Shown: in pieces, positions 1 to 10,124 of the stretch | Numbering within the stretch: the first letter of the stretch is position 1 | Layout of the letters: every line of letters starts with the position of its first letter | DNA from: a virus | Lineage: Duplodnaviria; Heunggongvirae; Uroviricota; Caudoviricetes | Strand: one strand, 5' to 3' | Length of the DNA: 47,785 bases | IMG/VR virus record: IMGVR_UViG_2529292853_000006 | The notes under the pieces: generated by a model | Database searches by the model: none | What the model saw: only the letters and a program-made list of their open reading frames with translations | Told to the model about the DNA's origin: nothing | Translations under genes and position numbers: made by a program

Positions 1-11
1 TGTCATGGGAT

Positions 12-710
12 TTACTGCGAAAGTTTGTTAATGGAAAGGAAGCTGCCAAAGTTGCCGACATTATTGCGAAACTTACAGCCACTCAGGCATTTGCTGCATT
101 TATCCTTCGTGATATCGGACGTCGGCTGGTCATATTCATCCGCGACCGCCGGACCGCTATAACCGCACTCATCGCCGCGATAGGTCCAGGTGCAGGTGTT
201 GGCCAGCATGATACGTCCCGGAAAAACAGCGCCATCCGTTTCAGTCGGCGTGGACAGTACAAAAGAGGCACTGACCGCGCTCAGTTCGCTGCACTGCTCG
301 ATGCGCCAGCGGCTGATCACCTCCTGCTCCGGATCGGCTTCGCTGTTTCCGTTGACGAAGTTCACCGCATCCAGAAAGCGGGCGTAAACCTTACGCCGGA
401 CCACCGTTCCGCCGACCAGACTCTGCAGATCTTCCGCCATCCCGGTGATCATGCCGTGCAGGTTAGAGACCGTCAGTGTCGGACGGGCAGCACTGCCCTT
501 GCCGTTCATCTCAAATCCACTCCCCTGAATGGGATAGGCCTGATACTGCCGACTCTGCCAGGTGACAGACTCACCTTTTTCGTTCTGCTCATTACAGAAA
601 AAGTAGCGATCCCCGCCTACCTCGGTCAGGTCGATTTCCCAGAGCACCACGCTGGCCGACTGCTCCGCACGAATGCATTCATTCAGCGTTTCCTGTTGTA
701 TGTCCTGCAT
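12..710 (-). CDS. phage minor tail protein L (lambda gpL-like)
   Basis: 232-aa ORF; near-identical to lambda gpL as recalled (MQDI.QETLNEC ... SINKLSQ); its start ATG overlaps the stop of the M-like gene. Confidence 0.85.
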   Translation of the reverse strand: MQDIQQETLNECIRAEQSASVVLWEIDLTEVGGDRYFFCNEQNEKGESVTWQSRQYQAYPIQGSGFEMNGKGSAARPTLTVSNLHGMITGMAEDLQSLVGGTVVRRKVYARFLDAVNFVNGNSEADPEQEVISRWRIEQCSELSAVSASFVLSTPTETDGAVFPGRIMLANTCTWTYRGDECGYSGPAVADEYDQPTSDITKDKCSKCLSGCKFRNNVGNFGSFLSINKLSQ

Positions 711-1048
711 CAGATCACCACTTCGTCAAACTGACACGAAAAATCGGTATAGGTGATATGTTCTGTCGCTGACCACGTTCGACACACCACTCTGATTTTT
801 CTGTTAATACCCGGCGGGCGCCAAAAAAAAGATTTATAGCCTTCATGCCGGGCTAAAAATTTTTCAAATGAATCACGTTCATTCGCCTCAACTTTGAAAT
901 CACAGGTGAAAACGCGCAGAGAATGATTAAGTCCATTTGGACTTCGTTGCTCATAACCATCGCCAAATCTTACAGTTTTTATCGATGGTTTATTTTCTGT
1001 TTTCATTCCATCCTCTGGTAACCAGTGAAATTCTTCCGTATTAGCCAC
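710..1048 (-). CDS. phage minor tail protein M (lambda gpM-like)
   Basis: 112-aa ORF directly upstream of L and downstream of the tape measure gene; [10 protein letters not shown] and FDEVV motifs as in gpM (recalled). Confidence 0.75.
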
Positions 1049-4000
1049 TTAACATTCCCCCATCACGTCGCATATTTAACAGATTGCCCTGCACCCGCTG
1101 ATCAACCATCCCCATAAGTGCTTTTATTGCCTGAGGGCCAATCTCTCCATTCTGGCCGTCATTTTGAATAGTGATTTGGTATACAGGGGCATAGGTAATA
1201 TCTCCGCCTCCATTACCACTTTTACTATTAATAGCTCTGACACCAAGAGAACCATCGGAAGTTCGTGTTAATGGCATAATGGCTTCCGGTCCAGCCTCAC
1301 CAAAAACACCAGCCCCTTTTGCAAAAGCAAAAAATTGCGGGGAATCATAAATACCGTTCGAATACGTGCTCAATGACGGAGACTCATAAACACCGCCCTT
1401 TGCATTCGGAATAAATTTACTAATAGCACTCCCGATAGTTCCTAAAATCCCCCCAGAAGAACTGTTACTAATGCTGTCGAAAATCCCAGTAATTGAAGCC
1501 TTTAATGCTATTCGACTAAGATCCGAAATCACGGAAGTAGCGAAAGAACGAAAATTTGCCTTGCCTGTCGTGACAAAATCACCCAGCGCATCGGTCATCC
1601 CATCAAACATCTGAGTCGTGGTTGATTTTATCTGCTCACTGATATCCTTAGTGTCATCCAGCCAGTTATTGAATCCCTGGGAGGCACCACTAACCCAGTC
1701 TCCTGCCTGAATATCGAGCTGCTCGTTTTTCTGTCTGACAATTTCTTTTTCCCGTTCCAGAGCATCATTCAGAGCCTGCATTTTCTCTTGAAAAACATGA
1801 TCTGACATTCCACGGGATTTATCTGCATAGTCACGTTCAAGTTGCAGACGCTGATTGTTATATCCATGTTCAATCCGCAGTAATTCCTGCTGGCGTTGCT
1901 GATTTTTATCGCCAACCCCATAACCAGCAATCTGAATATCATACCCCTGCTGACGATTATCAATCGAAGCCTGCAATGAATCACGCCATGCTGTTATTTC
2001 GGCGGATTCCTTGATTAGCCTGTTATTTTTTTCAATCGCAACATTTTTCTCCATCAACGTGGTTATTTCTTCCCGGTGTAAGAGAAGCGATTTCTGATCC
2101 TGGGTTAATTTCGATGATGGTCGTGACTCTAGGTCGGCAATCCGCTGACGCCACTTAACCAGTTCCTGTTCAGAGGAACTTAATTTAACGGTCAACTCAG
2201 CTTGTGAACTTAGTAACGCATTCTGTTGATTCAGATGATCAATCATTCGTTGGGCTGCATCATCAGAATAATCTTTCGCCTTTGGTTGCTTTGGATCTTT
2301 ATAACGCTCATTTATTTGAGCGATAAGATTATTATATTCTTCCTTTGAATACTGATTCTTTAGCTTTTCCAGTTTTGCAAGTTCACTAGCTCTCTGCTGC
2401 TCCCGGGTCTGATATTGTTTTGAAAAGGCATCTGCTCTCTGTCTGAGTTCAATTCCTTCCTGTTGTCGCTTGTTGTAATCGTTTATTGATGAATTTAGTA
2501 CGTCCTGAGCAATTTTTTCTGCTTGAAGTACGCCCAATTGCTGCTTTAATCGTGCCAGCCTTTTATTTTGAGCTCCGCCATCTCCAATGCCACCTAACCC
2601 GAAAACTCCGGATCGGGTATTTTTTTCTATTTCATCAATTTGACGGAGAACATCTGAGATTTTTTGATCAAGGGAGGCCTCACGGCCAATATCCAGCATG
2701 GAATCCCATGCCCATTTTGCGGAGTCTGCGACAGCTTTCCATGCAGTCTCAAGATAACCAAGATTTTCTTTAATCTGGTTGGTGCGCTGGATCATTGAGG
2801 ATGAGTATTCTTCTGTCGCAATGCGGGCGGCCTCCTGCTGGTTCCCTTCATCCTGTAGCGCCTTAATCTGGTTATAAGTCGCAAGTGTCAGAAAATGGTA
2901 CTGATCATTAAGTTTTGATATGGCACTGACAGGATCCTTTGCAATTTCATTGAAGTCATTAACCAGTTGTTCGGTTGATATTCCTGTTACTTCGCTCGTT
3001 TTTACTATCGCTGTCGTCACTTGCTCCAGCGAACTGCTCGCTACCTTTCCCGAACGCACAAGCTGATTTAATACTGCCGCCGCAGCACCAGTTGTCGAAT
3101 CAGCCGCATTCCCGGCACGTTGAGCTAAATCGCCCAATTGCCCGCTGGTTGTCCCCAACTGATTTCCGGTAAGAATAAGAGATTTATTAAATTCGTCCTG
3201 CTCCTGAGAGCCTTTATAGTAAGCCAGTCCTAAGACCCCAACGGCTGCTGCGGCCAGGGTAAAAGGATTAATTAATCCCAGCACATAAGAACCTACCCCT
3301 TTGATCGCCGGGCCAATCCCACCGAACATATCTTTTAGCTGGCCGCCCTGCTGCATTAACACCATAAATGGCGACTGACCAGTGGACAACCCAACAACAA
3401 TATCCGTCATTTGTGCAGGCAACATGCGCATAGCAAAAGCCGTTTGTTTTGCCGACATTCCGGTTTTGCTTAATTGTGATTGAGTAACCTCAAGCTCACT
3501 CCGCATAGCACGAAGTTTTCCAGAAAGCTCCTCATACATTTCAGGAGAAAGCATCCCCTTAGCTTTTGCTTCATTGAGCTGTTTCTGTTGTTCTACCAGA
3601 CGATTAAAAGCAGTTCCGACAGGATCAAGTTGAGCAATCAGACGTTGCAAAGCAACAACCTGTTCATCATGCGCTTTTGCTGCTTCTCGCTCTGCCTGAG
3701 CCTCTCCGGTAAGCTCTCGCCGTGTTTCCTGTATTTTTCGGCTATAATTCTCAAACTGAGAACCATTTATTTTCCCGGATGCAAACGCAGCATTAAGTTC
3801 ATCATGCTGTTGTTCAAGATTTCTTAGCGCCGCAGCCAGAGGGTCGATCTTGTCCAGCATTCTTTGAAAGGCCTGAGCCTGCGCTTCCTGCTGGGCGGCA
3901 GCAAGTTTTCCGGCCTTCTCGGCTTCTCTCTGCGCTTGCGCAACCCCGCTCAATTCCTCTGTGGTTTCATTAAGTTTACGGACAAGAAATTCATATTCTT

Positions 4001-4274
4001 CTTTATCAATAAGCCCTTTATCGAAAAATTTCTTTAATTCAGAATAGCGTCGACCGACAGTATCAATTGCGGCACCAACTGGATCAATAGCTGCTTTTAA
4101 TTTTGCGAGCGCGTTCTTCTCATCTTCTGTTGCCTTAGTCACTTTCCCTGCGCTATTTGCAGCAGTTTCCCCAGCCTGCGTCATTTTGACTAATGAGGAG
4201 GTCAGATTGTCAGCATTATTTTTCGCTCCAGTGCTATCAATAATTATTGCGAGACGCGAGGTTTGCTCTGCCAT
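1041..4274 (-). CDS. tail tape measure protein
   Basis: 1077-aa ORF; coiled-coil N-terminal region (Ala/Gln/Glu-rich), central hydrophobic segment, glycine-rich C-terminus; position between chaperone and M. Confidence 0.9.
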
Positions 4275-4292
4275 TTATTAAAACTCCTGACA

Positions 4293-4318
4293 ACAAAAAA
4301 CCCACCGCGAAGTGGGTT
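4293..4318 (-). terminator. intrinsic terminator-like hairpin just upstream of the tape measure start
   Basis: CCCAC-cgcgaa-GTGGG stem; on the minus-strand RNA it is followed by a U-rich tract (UUUUUUGUUGU); AGGAG SD for the tape measure gene follows. Confidence 0.4.
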
Positions 4319-4439
4319 TCAGGCGACATAATAGTAGATATAGCGATTACGAGGCCACGCAATGCTTTTCTCCAGGAGCATCATCGATTTAATTAAAGAC
4401 ACCATCACATCTCTGTAACAGAGTGTACGTAATTAACAA

Positions 4440-4753
4440 CTACACACACTGCTCCTGAAAATACTGGTCATCCAGTGCAAAGATCACTGCTTCAAATTCA
4501 TCGCGCTCAATCAATACCGGATGAGTGGTTAAATATTCATTTATCTCTGTCAGAGATAAAGGCAAAGGCACCCCAGCCATTCCAGCATAACGTCGGGCAC
4601 GGGATATTACCGAATAGGCGTACAACAACTCCTTAAGCACCGGGTCTATTTCTGGTTCCGGTATCGGTGGCAACCTGAGTTTTTCTCGCTTCCATCTTGC
4701 CTTTTCCCCCCTTTCTCCCCCGAACTCCGATAACCACCGCTGGGCAGCTATGG
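4440..4753 (-). CDS. tail assembly chaperone, T segment of the G-T -1 frameshift product
   Basis: Frame is open from the slippery site to the stop at 4440 and is -1 relative to G; lambda G/G-T paradigm. Confidence 0.7.
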
Positions 4754-5209
4754 CTTTTTTATCGTATCCTGCTTCTGCTGCTCTTTACCCTGGGCGATGC
4801 TGGCTGCTTCTGCAAGGATCTGCCAGTACAACTCTGGATTCTGCTTAAGCAGCGCGATCCCTCGTTCTGCCGTATATTCCAGTGCAACCTCAACACCATT
4901 AACCAGTTCACCAACCCCTTTCCAGTCTTTCAGCAGATAACGAGCGGCATTATCAATGAGTAAATCATCAACAGAATCCACCTCGGAAACCTTTGAAATA
5001 TCAAACTCCTTCGTTCCGACGTGCAAACTGGCATCCATTTTCTCAATGTGGCGACGGATTAATGCATTACGGGAGCGATACTGATCGTTATCGCTGCTTG
5101 CCACCAACAGTTTTAACCCGTCTACAGGTTTTAAGTCCTTCATTGGCGTAAACCAGCGTTCTACACCAATGATAATTTTCTGATTAAGAATAAACATCCA
5201 TAACCTCAT
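4748..5209 (-). CDS. tail assembly chaperone (gpG-like)
   Basis: 153-aa acidic ORF between the major tail and tape measure genes, ending in the slippery site. Confidence 0.75.
   Translation of the reverse strand: MRLWMFILNQKIIIGVERWFTPMKDLKPVDGLKLLVASSDNDQYRSRNALIRRHIEKMDASLHVGTKEFDISKVSEVDSVDDLLIDNAARYLLKDWKGVGELVNGVEVALEYTAERGIALLKQNPELYWQILAEAASIAQGKEQQKQDTIKKP
4754..4760 (-). other. programmed -1 ribosomal frameshift slippery heptamer A AAA AAG
   Basis: Minus-strand sequence GAT ACG ATA AAA AAG CCA TAG at the 3' end of the G-like ORF; X XXY YYZ motif; shifted frame is continuous with the T ORF. Confidence 0.7.
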
Positions 5210-5257
5210 TCAATGCGTCCCCCTGTAGGGCAGTACCACAGGAGGAATAACGGAAAA

Positions 5258-6220
5258 TCAACTAATCGCCTCAGCACTGGCTTTTGCGATCACGGCAGCC
5301 GGGGAATTTTTTTTTCTGGTTATCGTAGGTGCTTCATCTGCTGCGGTAATGCTCAATTGAACCTGGATAATGTCGCTATTACCCCCATCAGGCCATTCAC
5401 CTGACACCTGAACCTTCGGGAAACTGAAAGTGTATGCCCCCTCTCCATTCGAAAGCGTGAAGCTGAACGGAACTGTTTCTCCAGTCAGTGTTTTACTCCA
5501 GATTTCCCACGCGGCTTTAGACCATGAAAGCGTCACCGTACCGGACGGTGTAAAAGTAGTCGGAATATTTGCTCCTGCATAAGGCGAGCCAGTCCCGATA
5601 CAACGCTGTGTCTGGAGTTTGTTATCGAACTGAATATCAAAACTGTCGATACAAAAACCGTTACCTCCGGCAACACCATTCAGGCTTACTGCTGAAACCT
5701 CCTTAAACGAATAACGTAGCTTTCCTGCACTATCCACAGGTTCGCCTTTGATAAAATTCGTATCATCGGCCTTTGATTCCCAGTCCAGTCCGGCAAAGGT
5801 TACGGTCGCTGTAATATCGCCGTCGTTAGGGATCTGCATTTTCCATGAGCCAACCTGCGCTCCTCTGACGACAGAGGCAATTCCGACATCGGACGCATAG
5901 GTCGCCAGAGAAAATGTTATTCGCTCATTCCCCATTGTCAGAGAATCGCCTGACCATTCCGCGCCGAAACAGGATGCAAGAAAATCATCATGTTGACCCC
6001 AGCGAAATTTGGTACCAACATCACCGCCGACATCCACAGTGCCAGGCGTCGCCCCCTGAGCCATCCGGGAGCCACCAATCTCATTATTTTCGCCTTTATT
6101 CTGGGTGGGTTTTACTCCCCAGCTTGTGCGTTTTAATAAACTCCAGTCACCACTTGCTGGCGTAGTGCCTGCAACCGTCTCCCGGATAAATGCCGAGATA
6201 ACCTTTGCACCTGAACTCAC
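5258..6220 (-). CDS. major tail (tube) protein, probably with a C-terminal Ig-like domain
   Basis: 320-aa Gly/Thr/Ser-rich ORF at the canonical position upstream of the chaperone genes. Confidence 0.75.
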   Translation of the reverse strand: MSSGAKVISAFIRETVAGTTPASGDWSLLKRTSWGVKPTQNKGENNEIGGSRMAQGATPGTVDVGGDVGTKFRWGQHDDFLASCFGAEWSGDSLTMGNERITFSLATYASDVGIASVVRGAQVGSWKMQIPNDGDITATVTFAGLDWESKADDTNFIKGEPVDSAGKLRYSFKEVSAVSLNGVAGGNGFCIDSFDIQFDNKLQTQRCIGTGSPYAGANIPTTFTPSGTVTLSWSKAAWEIWSKTLTGETVPFSFTLSNGEGAYTFSFPKVQVSGEWPDGGNSDIIQVQLSITAADEAPTITRKKNSPAAVIAKASAEAIS

Positions 6221-6246
6221 AGGAGCCTCCTATGTCATTAATTGCG

Positions 6247-6639
6247 CTAGAGCGCGCGATATGGAATTTGAAGATTAAGCTGGAACCAGCCATTCTTTTC
6301 GCCAACGGCTATTGAGGAAACAGCCTGGTAACTGAGACGATCGTCATCCTGAAACTCAAACAGTTCCCGCAATTTATCGGCTGTCTCAGTAATGAGTTTT
6401 GAACCAGAACCTGCGGGGACAAATAACTGAATAATGATTATCCCCGTGCGATAAACAATCGGCCCCGCGCCAATTTCATTAACTCCAGCCTGCCCGGGAA
6501 TATTACTTAACCGCGCCCAGATTAACTTACCGGAAGGATCGAACGTTGGCGCGTTCGGATACAATACGTCTTTTCCATCAATAATCGTCTGTGCCGTCAT
6601 TCTGGAAATAACCGTATTTCTGATTTCAGTAAACGTCAT
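6247..6639 (-). CDS. tail terminator / tail completion protein
   Basis: 130-aa ORF in the head-tail joining block; assignment is by position and size. Confidence 0.5.
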   Translation of the reverse strand: MTFTEIRNTVISRMTAQTIIDGKDVLYPNAPTFDPSGKLIWARLSNIPGQAGVNEIGAGPIVYRTGIIIIQLFVPAGSGSKLITETADKLRELFEFQDDDRLSYQAVSSIAVGEKNGWFQLNLQIPYRAL

Positions 6640-7016
6640 TTGTAAGCCTGTAAAACACCATGAAAAGCGTTGGCATACACGCCAGTTGGCGCTTGTTGTG
6701 AATGACCGTTTTCAAGAGCCTCTGCATAAGGAAGGTTATTCTGGATATAAATAACTCCGTAATTTGCAGCTTTCGAAATAACCCCGATCCCACGCTGAAC
6801 AGCAATCGTACCGTTCGGATCCACGTTATCAGATATACCAAAATCGGGATGCTGTAACGACACCAGGTTGTTATTTCTGAAACGTCCGGTATCAACCGGA
6901 GCAGCAATATCAATAGCAGTAAGAATCTGAATAGCGATGTAGCGAATCTTCAGCCCTACATCTTCCTCAATCATCCCGGCAAATATTGACGGTTCTATAT
7001 CCCATGCCTTTGCCAT
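6636..7016 (-). CDS. tail completion protein (HK97 gp10-like)
   Basis: 126-aa ORF with 4-nt overlap to the next gene; positional. Confidence 0.5.
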   Translation of the reverse strand: MAKAWDIEPSIFAGMIEEDVGLKIRYIAIQILTAIDIAAPVDTGRFRNNNLVSLQHPDFGISDNVDPNGTIAVQRGIGVISKAANYGVIYIQNNLPYAEALENGHSQQAPTGVYANAFHGVLQAYK

Positions 7017-7400
7017 TTACGCTCTCCTTAACTGGATAGAGTAAACTGATGCGGAAGGATCTACACTTGCTGTAATTACCTCGTATCGTTGTAACTGCCT
7101 TGATACAGGATCATAAATCTCAATAATATGGTCGACAGCTGGTTTATCCGTAACCTCGCATACCAGAGCGGTTAATTTAAGGTCACCATGCAAAATATTA
7201 ATCCCATCAATTCTGCCCAGCTTATAACGTGTCAACACGCCTCGCCCGGTATAGATTGCGGTGGATTCGCCGCCAGTTTCCGTCACAGGATCCCAGTGCC
7301 GGTGCGTAACGTAAGAACCAGAAAAATCACTCACGGCGTCCGCTAAATCCTCATCAAAAGCAGCGGCAACCTCTGACTGAATCTCTTCACGAAGCCCCAT
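7017..7400 (-). CDS. head-tail adaptor / head closure protein
   Basis: 127-aa ORF; positional. Confidence 0.5.
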   Translation of the reverse strand: MGLREEIQSEVAAAFDEDLADAVSDFSGSYVTHRHWDPVTETGGESTAIYTGRGVLTRYKLGRIDGINILHGDLKLTALVCEVTDKPAVDHIIEIYDPVSRQLQRYEVITASVDPSASVYSIQLRRA

Positions 7401-7795
7401 TATCCCCCCCTCACAACCCTGACTTGTGAGCGACTAAGTCCGTACGGTTTCAGCAGTGCTATCGCAAGCTGTAAATCGGGTTCAAGCAATGCAGTGCTGT
7501 TTGCTGGCAACTCAGAAAATGATTTCGATACACTGACCCCGTCAGCCGACACGGCTTTACTGATAACAACGCCAGAATCATTTTTCTGCTGAAACAACTT
7601 ACCGAATGAGGCAATTCTGGCTGCATATGCTCCCGCAAGTTTTACCTCTTCCGGAATACGGGATGGGTTAATTTTCAGGTTGAAGCCATTAAGCCAGGCA
7701 TTAGCCATTAAAACAGCTTTATTTTTAGCGTTCTCACTCGTCCAGGCGTTCCCAAACGCATTATCAACGTCATCACAGGTCACGTAAGTGATCAT
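7400..7795 (-). CDS. head-tail connector / DNA packaging protein
   Basis: 131-aa ORF downstream of the capsid gene; positional. Confidence 0.5.
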   Translation of the reverse strand: MITYVTCDDVDNAFGNAWTSENAKNKAVLMANAWLNGFNLKINPSRIPEEVKLAGAYAARIASFGKLFQQKNDSGVVISKAVSADGVSVSKSFSELPANSTALLEPDLQLAIALLKPYGLSRSQVRVVRGG

Positions 7796-7798
7796 GTG

Positions 7799-7975
7799 TT
7801 ACTCCTGAGTTTTCCAGCCCATAGCCTTCCAGTTGTCAACTTCATCAGGATGAACATTAGCGATAGTTGGTGCGCCGGGAAACATCTGATAATCGGTCAC
7901 CATAACCACTAACTCAATTTGCGTTTTTTGTGCGGCTTCACGCTGTGCTCTTTGCTCTTTAGTTAATCCGGCCAT
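7799..7975 (-). CDS. small hypothetical phage protein (58 aa)
   Basis: My own translation (MAGLTKEQRAQREAAQKTQIELVVMVTDYQMFPGAPTIANVHPDEVDNWKAMGWKTQE); not in ORF track (under 60 aa); fills the gap between capsid and connector genes with 3-nt spacing to the next start. Confidence 0.35.
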   Translation of the reverse strand: MAGLTKEQRAQREAAQKTQIELVVMVTDYQMFPGAPTIANVHPDEVDNWKAMGWKTQE

Positions 7976-7984
7976 ATGCCCCCC

Positions 7985-8008
7985 ATTAAAAATGGGGCCG
8001 AAGCCCCG
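7985..8008 (-). terminator. intrinsic terminator after the major capsid gene
   Basis: GGGGC-uucg-GCCCC hairpin followed by AUUUUUAAU on minus-strand RNA, about 10 nt past the capsid stop. Confidence 0.5.
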
Positions 8009-8017
8009 TTTGAATGT

Positions 8018-9157
8018 TTAACCAAGAATCAGACAACCATGTGCCGGCTTCACTGATGAAACACCCCATGCCAGTCCAACTTCATAGCGCACCTGGCGAT
8101 ACTGACGATACAGTGCAATCTGGAACGTAATCCCTGAAATCGGGTCCGTAACATTCATTACATCATCAGCATTATCGCCACCTTCCGGCATTGCCGGAGT
8201 ACGGGATGCCAGCAGAAACGCGTTGCGATCAAACGCCATATTTGCCGTAAAGGCCCCAACAACTGTGATGGCAGTATCATCGGCCAGATCCTGACGCAGT
8301 CCGGGCGCTGCAAGAGTAATCAGATTGCTGGTCGCTGCTGCCACAACATACTGATTCGGATCACCAGCGAACGTAACAATCTGACCTGCAGAAATACTCC
8401 CCGAACCAGTATCAATGGAAATAAGAACATCGCCTTCTTTTTTCTCTCCATTCACGAGATAACCAGTTGCAGCAACCTTTGGCGCTCGTTTCACACCTGC
8501 CGAACTGTGAATATTGAATCCCTCCAGACGCCCCAACACGCCCTCACGCAGTAGCTGTTCAGTGCCGGATTCATTCACTTTAAACAATACAGACTGTTTT
8601 CCGCGCAAATTAGCAATGGCAGTGGAGCCAAGCACCATCTGCAGATCGGTTGTCGGTGCGCCGTTATCCTCCAGAACCTGACGAGCCAGAGCAGCATCAG
8701 AAAGATCATCTTTAACACCAAACGGCGTTGTCCCTGCGGTTCCCACGGCGCGGGAAGCACCGAAATACAACGCACCAAGATCAGCCTCAACCTCGTTTGC
8801 AAGGGCGCGAAAAGCCTGCTTGAACTGATCAGCCAGAATGGTGTTGTAAGTCCCTGAAGGGCCAAGAGCCAGTTGTTCTTCACCATTCCATTTAACCGGT
8901 GCCATTTTGGATTTAGTAATTTTTACATCAACAGTGCCAATATTTTGATCACCGGTATTCGGAGCTGACGGCCCCGGTACGATATCTTCGGTTTTCGCCT
9001 CAGGCGCAACTGGCGCGGTTACCGTCTGATCTTTTGCTGCGGCGTCAGCTTTTACGTTTTTTGCTACCGCAGGGATAAAACCTACCTGCTCACGGGATAC
9101 AACATCCAGGGCGGTATAAATAGTCGGGATCAACCCGGTCAGGGTATTTCCAGCCAT
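8018..9157 (-). CDS. major capsid protein
   Basis: About 380 aa from the internal ATG (MAGNTLTGLIP...) preceded by AAGGAA SD; the longer ORF-track start at 9250 is probably an upstream extension; follows the scaffold gene. Confidence 0.8.
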   Translation of the reverse strand: MAGNTLTGLIPTIYTALDVVSREQVGFIPAVAKNVKADAAAKDQTVTAPVAPEAKTEDIVPGPSAPNTGDQNIGTVDVKITKSKMAPVKWNGEEQLALGPSGTYNTILADQFKQAFRALANEVEADLGALYFGASRAVGTAGTTPFGVKDDLSDAALARQVLEDNGAPTTDLQMVLGSTAIANLRGKQSVLFKVNESGTEQLLREGVLGRLEGFNIHSSAGVKRAPKVAATGYLVNGEKKEGDVLISIDTGSGSISAGQIVTFAGDPNQYVVAAATSNLITLAAPGLRQDLADDTAITVVGAFTANMAFDRNAFLLASRTPAMPEGGDNADDVMNVTDPISGITFQIALYRQYRQVRYEVGLAWGVSSVKPAHGCLILG

Positions 9158-9255
9158 AATTAAATATTCCTTAAAAATTTGCGTAATTGTGAATAGATGG
9201 AGTAATGAGCTATCCAGCCCTGACACCAGCTCCCATCCGGAAGCTGACAAATGTG

Positions 9256-10020
9256 TTAATCAACGATTGTGATACCGTCTTTCAATGCGTTTTGCTTACC
9301 TGCAACATCCAGTGCATCAAAAGCAGAGCGTTTCATCGTTTTCTGACCAATATCATGCTGTGTCGGACGGGAGCCGCCGCCATTGTTGCCACTGGCTTTC
9401 AGGATGTAGTCTTTCTGAGGGTAATTTTCGACAAGGAACTCCAGCGCCTCATCAAACTGCGCCAGTTCGCCAGGCTTCGCGCGGGAATAAATTTTGTTGC
9501 CGGAAGCGTCATAAGCAACGATCTTCCCTTCTTCCACTTTGAATGCCTGCCCGAAGCGGGCTTGTAATAAATCTGCCGGGATCGCAATTTTATCGGCAAT
9601 ATATTTTGAACCCGCAAAACTACCGCCAATCATAGAATCGTAAAGCTGCGTCTCCAGCATCTGAGAGCGTTGCTTTTCTTCATCTAATTGCTGCTGAAAA
9701 TTTTTCGTAATTTCTGCCTTAACCTGGTCAACCTGTCCCGCATCGATCAGCTTTTTCTGGTCGATTTTTAACAGCATTTCCAGTGCCTCGATCGCCTTCT
9801 TCGGGTCTTCGATAGCGGCAAACTTAGCCAGTTTTTCCTCTGCAGCTTCTTTAGCCAGGCGATGATTTTTTGCCTCGCCATTAAGCTCTGTAATTTTTTT
9901 TATCGCCAGCGGTGCATCGAAGCCGATTTCTTTACCATCGTCGTGCACATAAACTGGCAGGCCAGCAGTATCAATTTCTGCGTATTGTTTTCCGTTAATC
10001 TCGACCGTTTTCAGTTTCAT
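9256..10020 (-). CDS. head scaffolding protein
   Basis: Charged, predicted helical protein (MKLKTVEINGKQ...); start chosen at an internal Met with AGGT SD, so the start is uncertain. Confidence 0.65.
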   Translation of the reverse strand: MKLKTVEINGKQYAEIDTAGLPVYVHDDGKEIGFDAPLAIKKITELNGEAKNHRLAKEAAEEKLAKFAAIEDPKKAIEALEMLLKIDQKKLIDAGQVDQVKAEITKNFQQQLDEEKQRSQMLETQLYDSMIGGSFAGSKYIADKIAIPADLLQARFGQAFKVEEGKIVAYDASGNKIYSRAKPGELAQFDEALEFLVENYPQKDYILKASGNNGGGSRPTQHDIGQKTMKRSAFDALDVAGKQNALKDGITIVD

Positions 10021-10124
10021 ATTAGTACCTGGTTTAAGTCTTCCGACAGTTACGCTGCTCACCATCCGGATCGCAGCAATAAAAAAGGCCACCCGAAGGT
10101 AGCCTGTTGTAATAAATGATTTAT

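Noticed and set aside
83-734. ORF-track ORFs 83..271 (-), 190..387 (+) and 456..734 (+) inside the tail L gene
   Set aside because: They lie within or antisense to a well-supported, near-lambda-identical L gene, use non-ATG starts and have no SD, so they are out-of-frame shadows.
1769-3827. Four short ORFs inside or antisense to the tape measure gene
   Set aside because: Embedded in a 1077-aa ORF with clear tape measure character; they are low-complexity translations of the opposite strand or other frames.
8018-9250. Longer 410-aa form of the capsid ORF starting at 9250
   Set aside because: The upstream 31 codons have no SD and overlap the scaffold gene's 3' flank; the internal ATG at 9157 has an AAGGAA SD at proper spacing.
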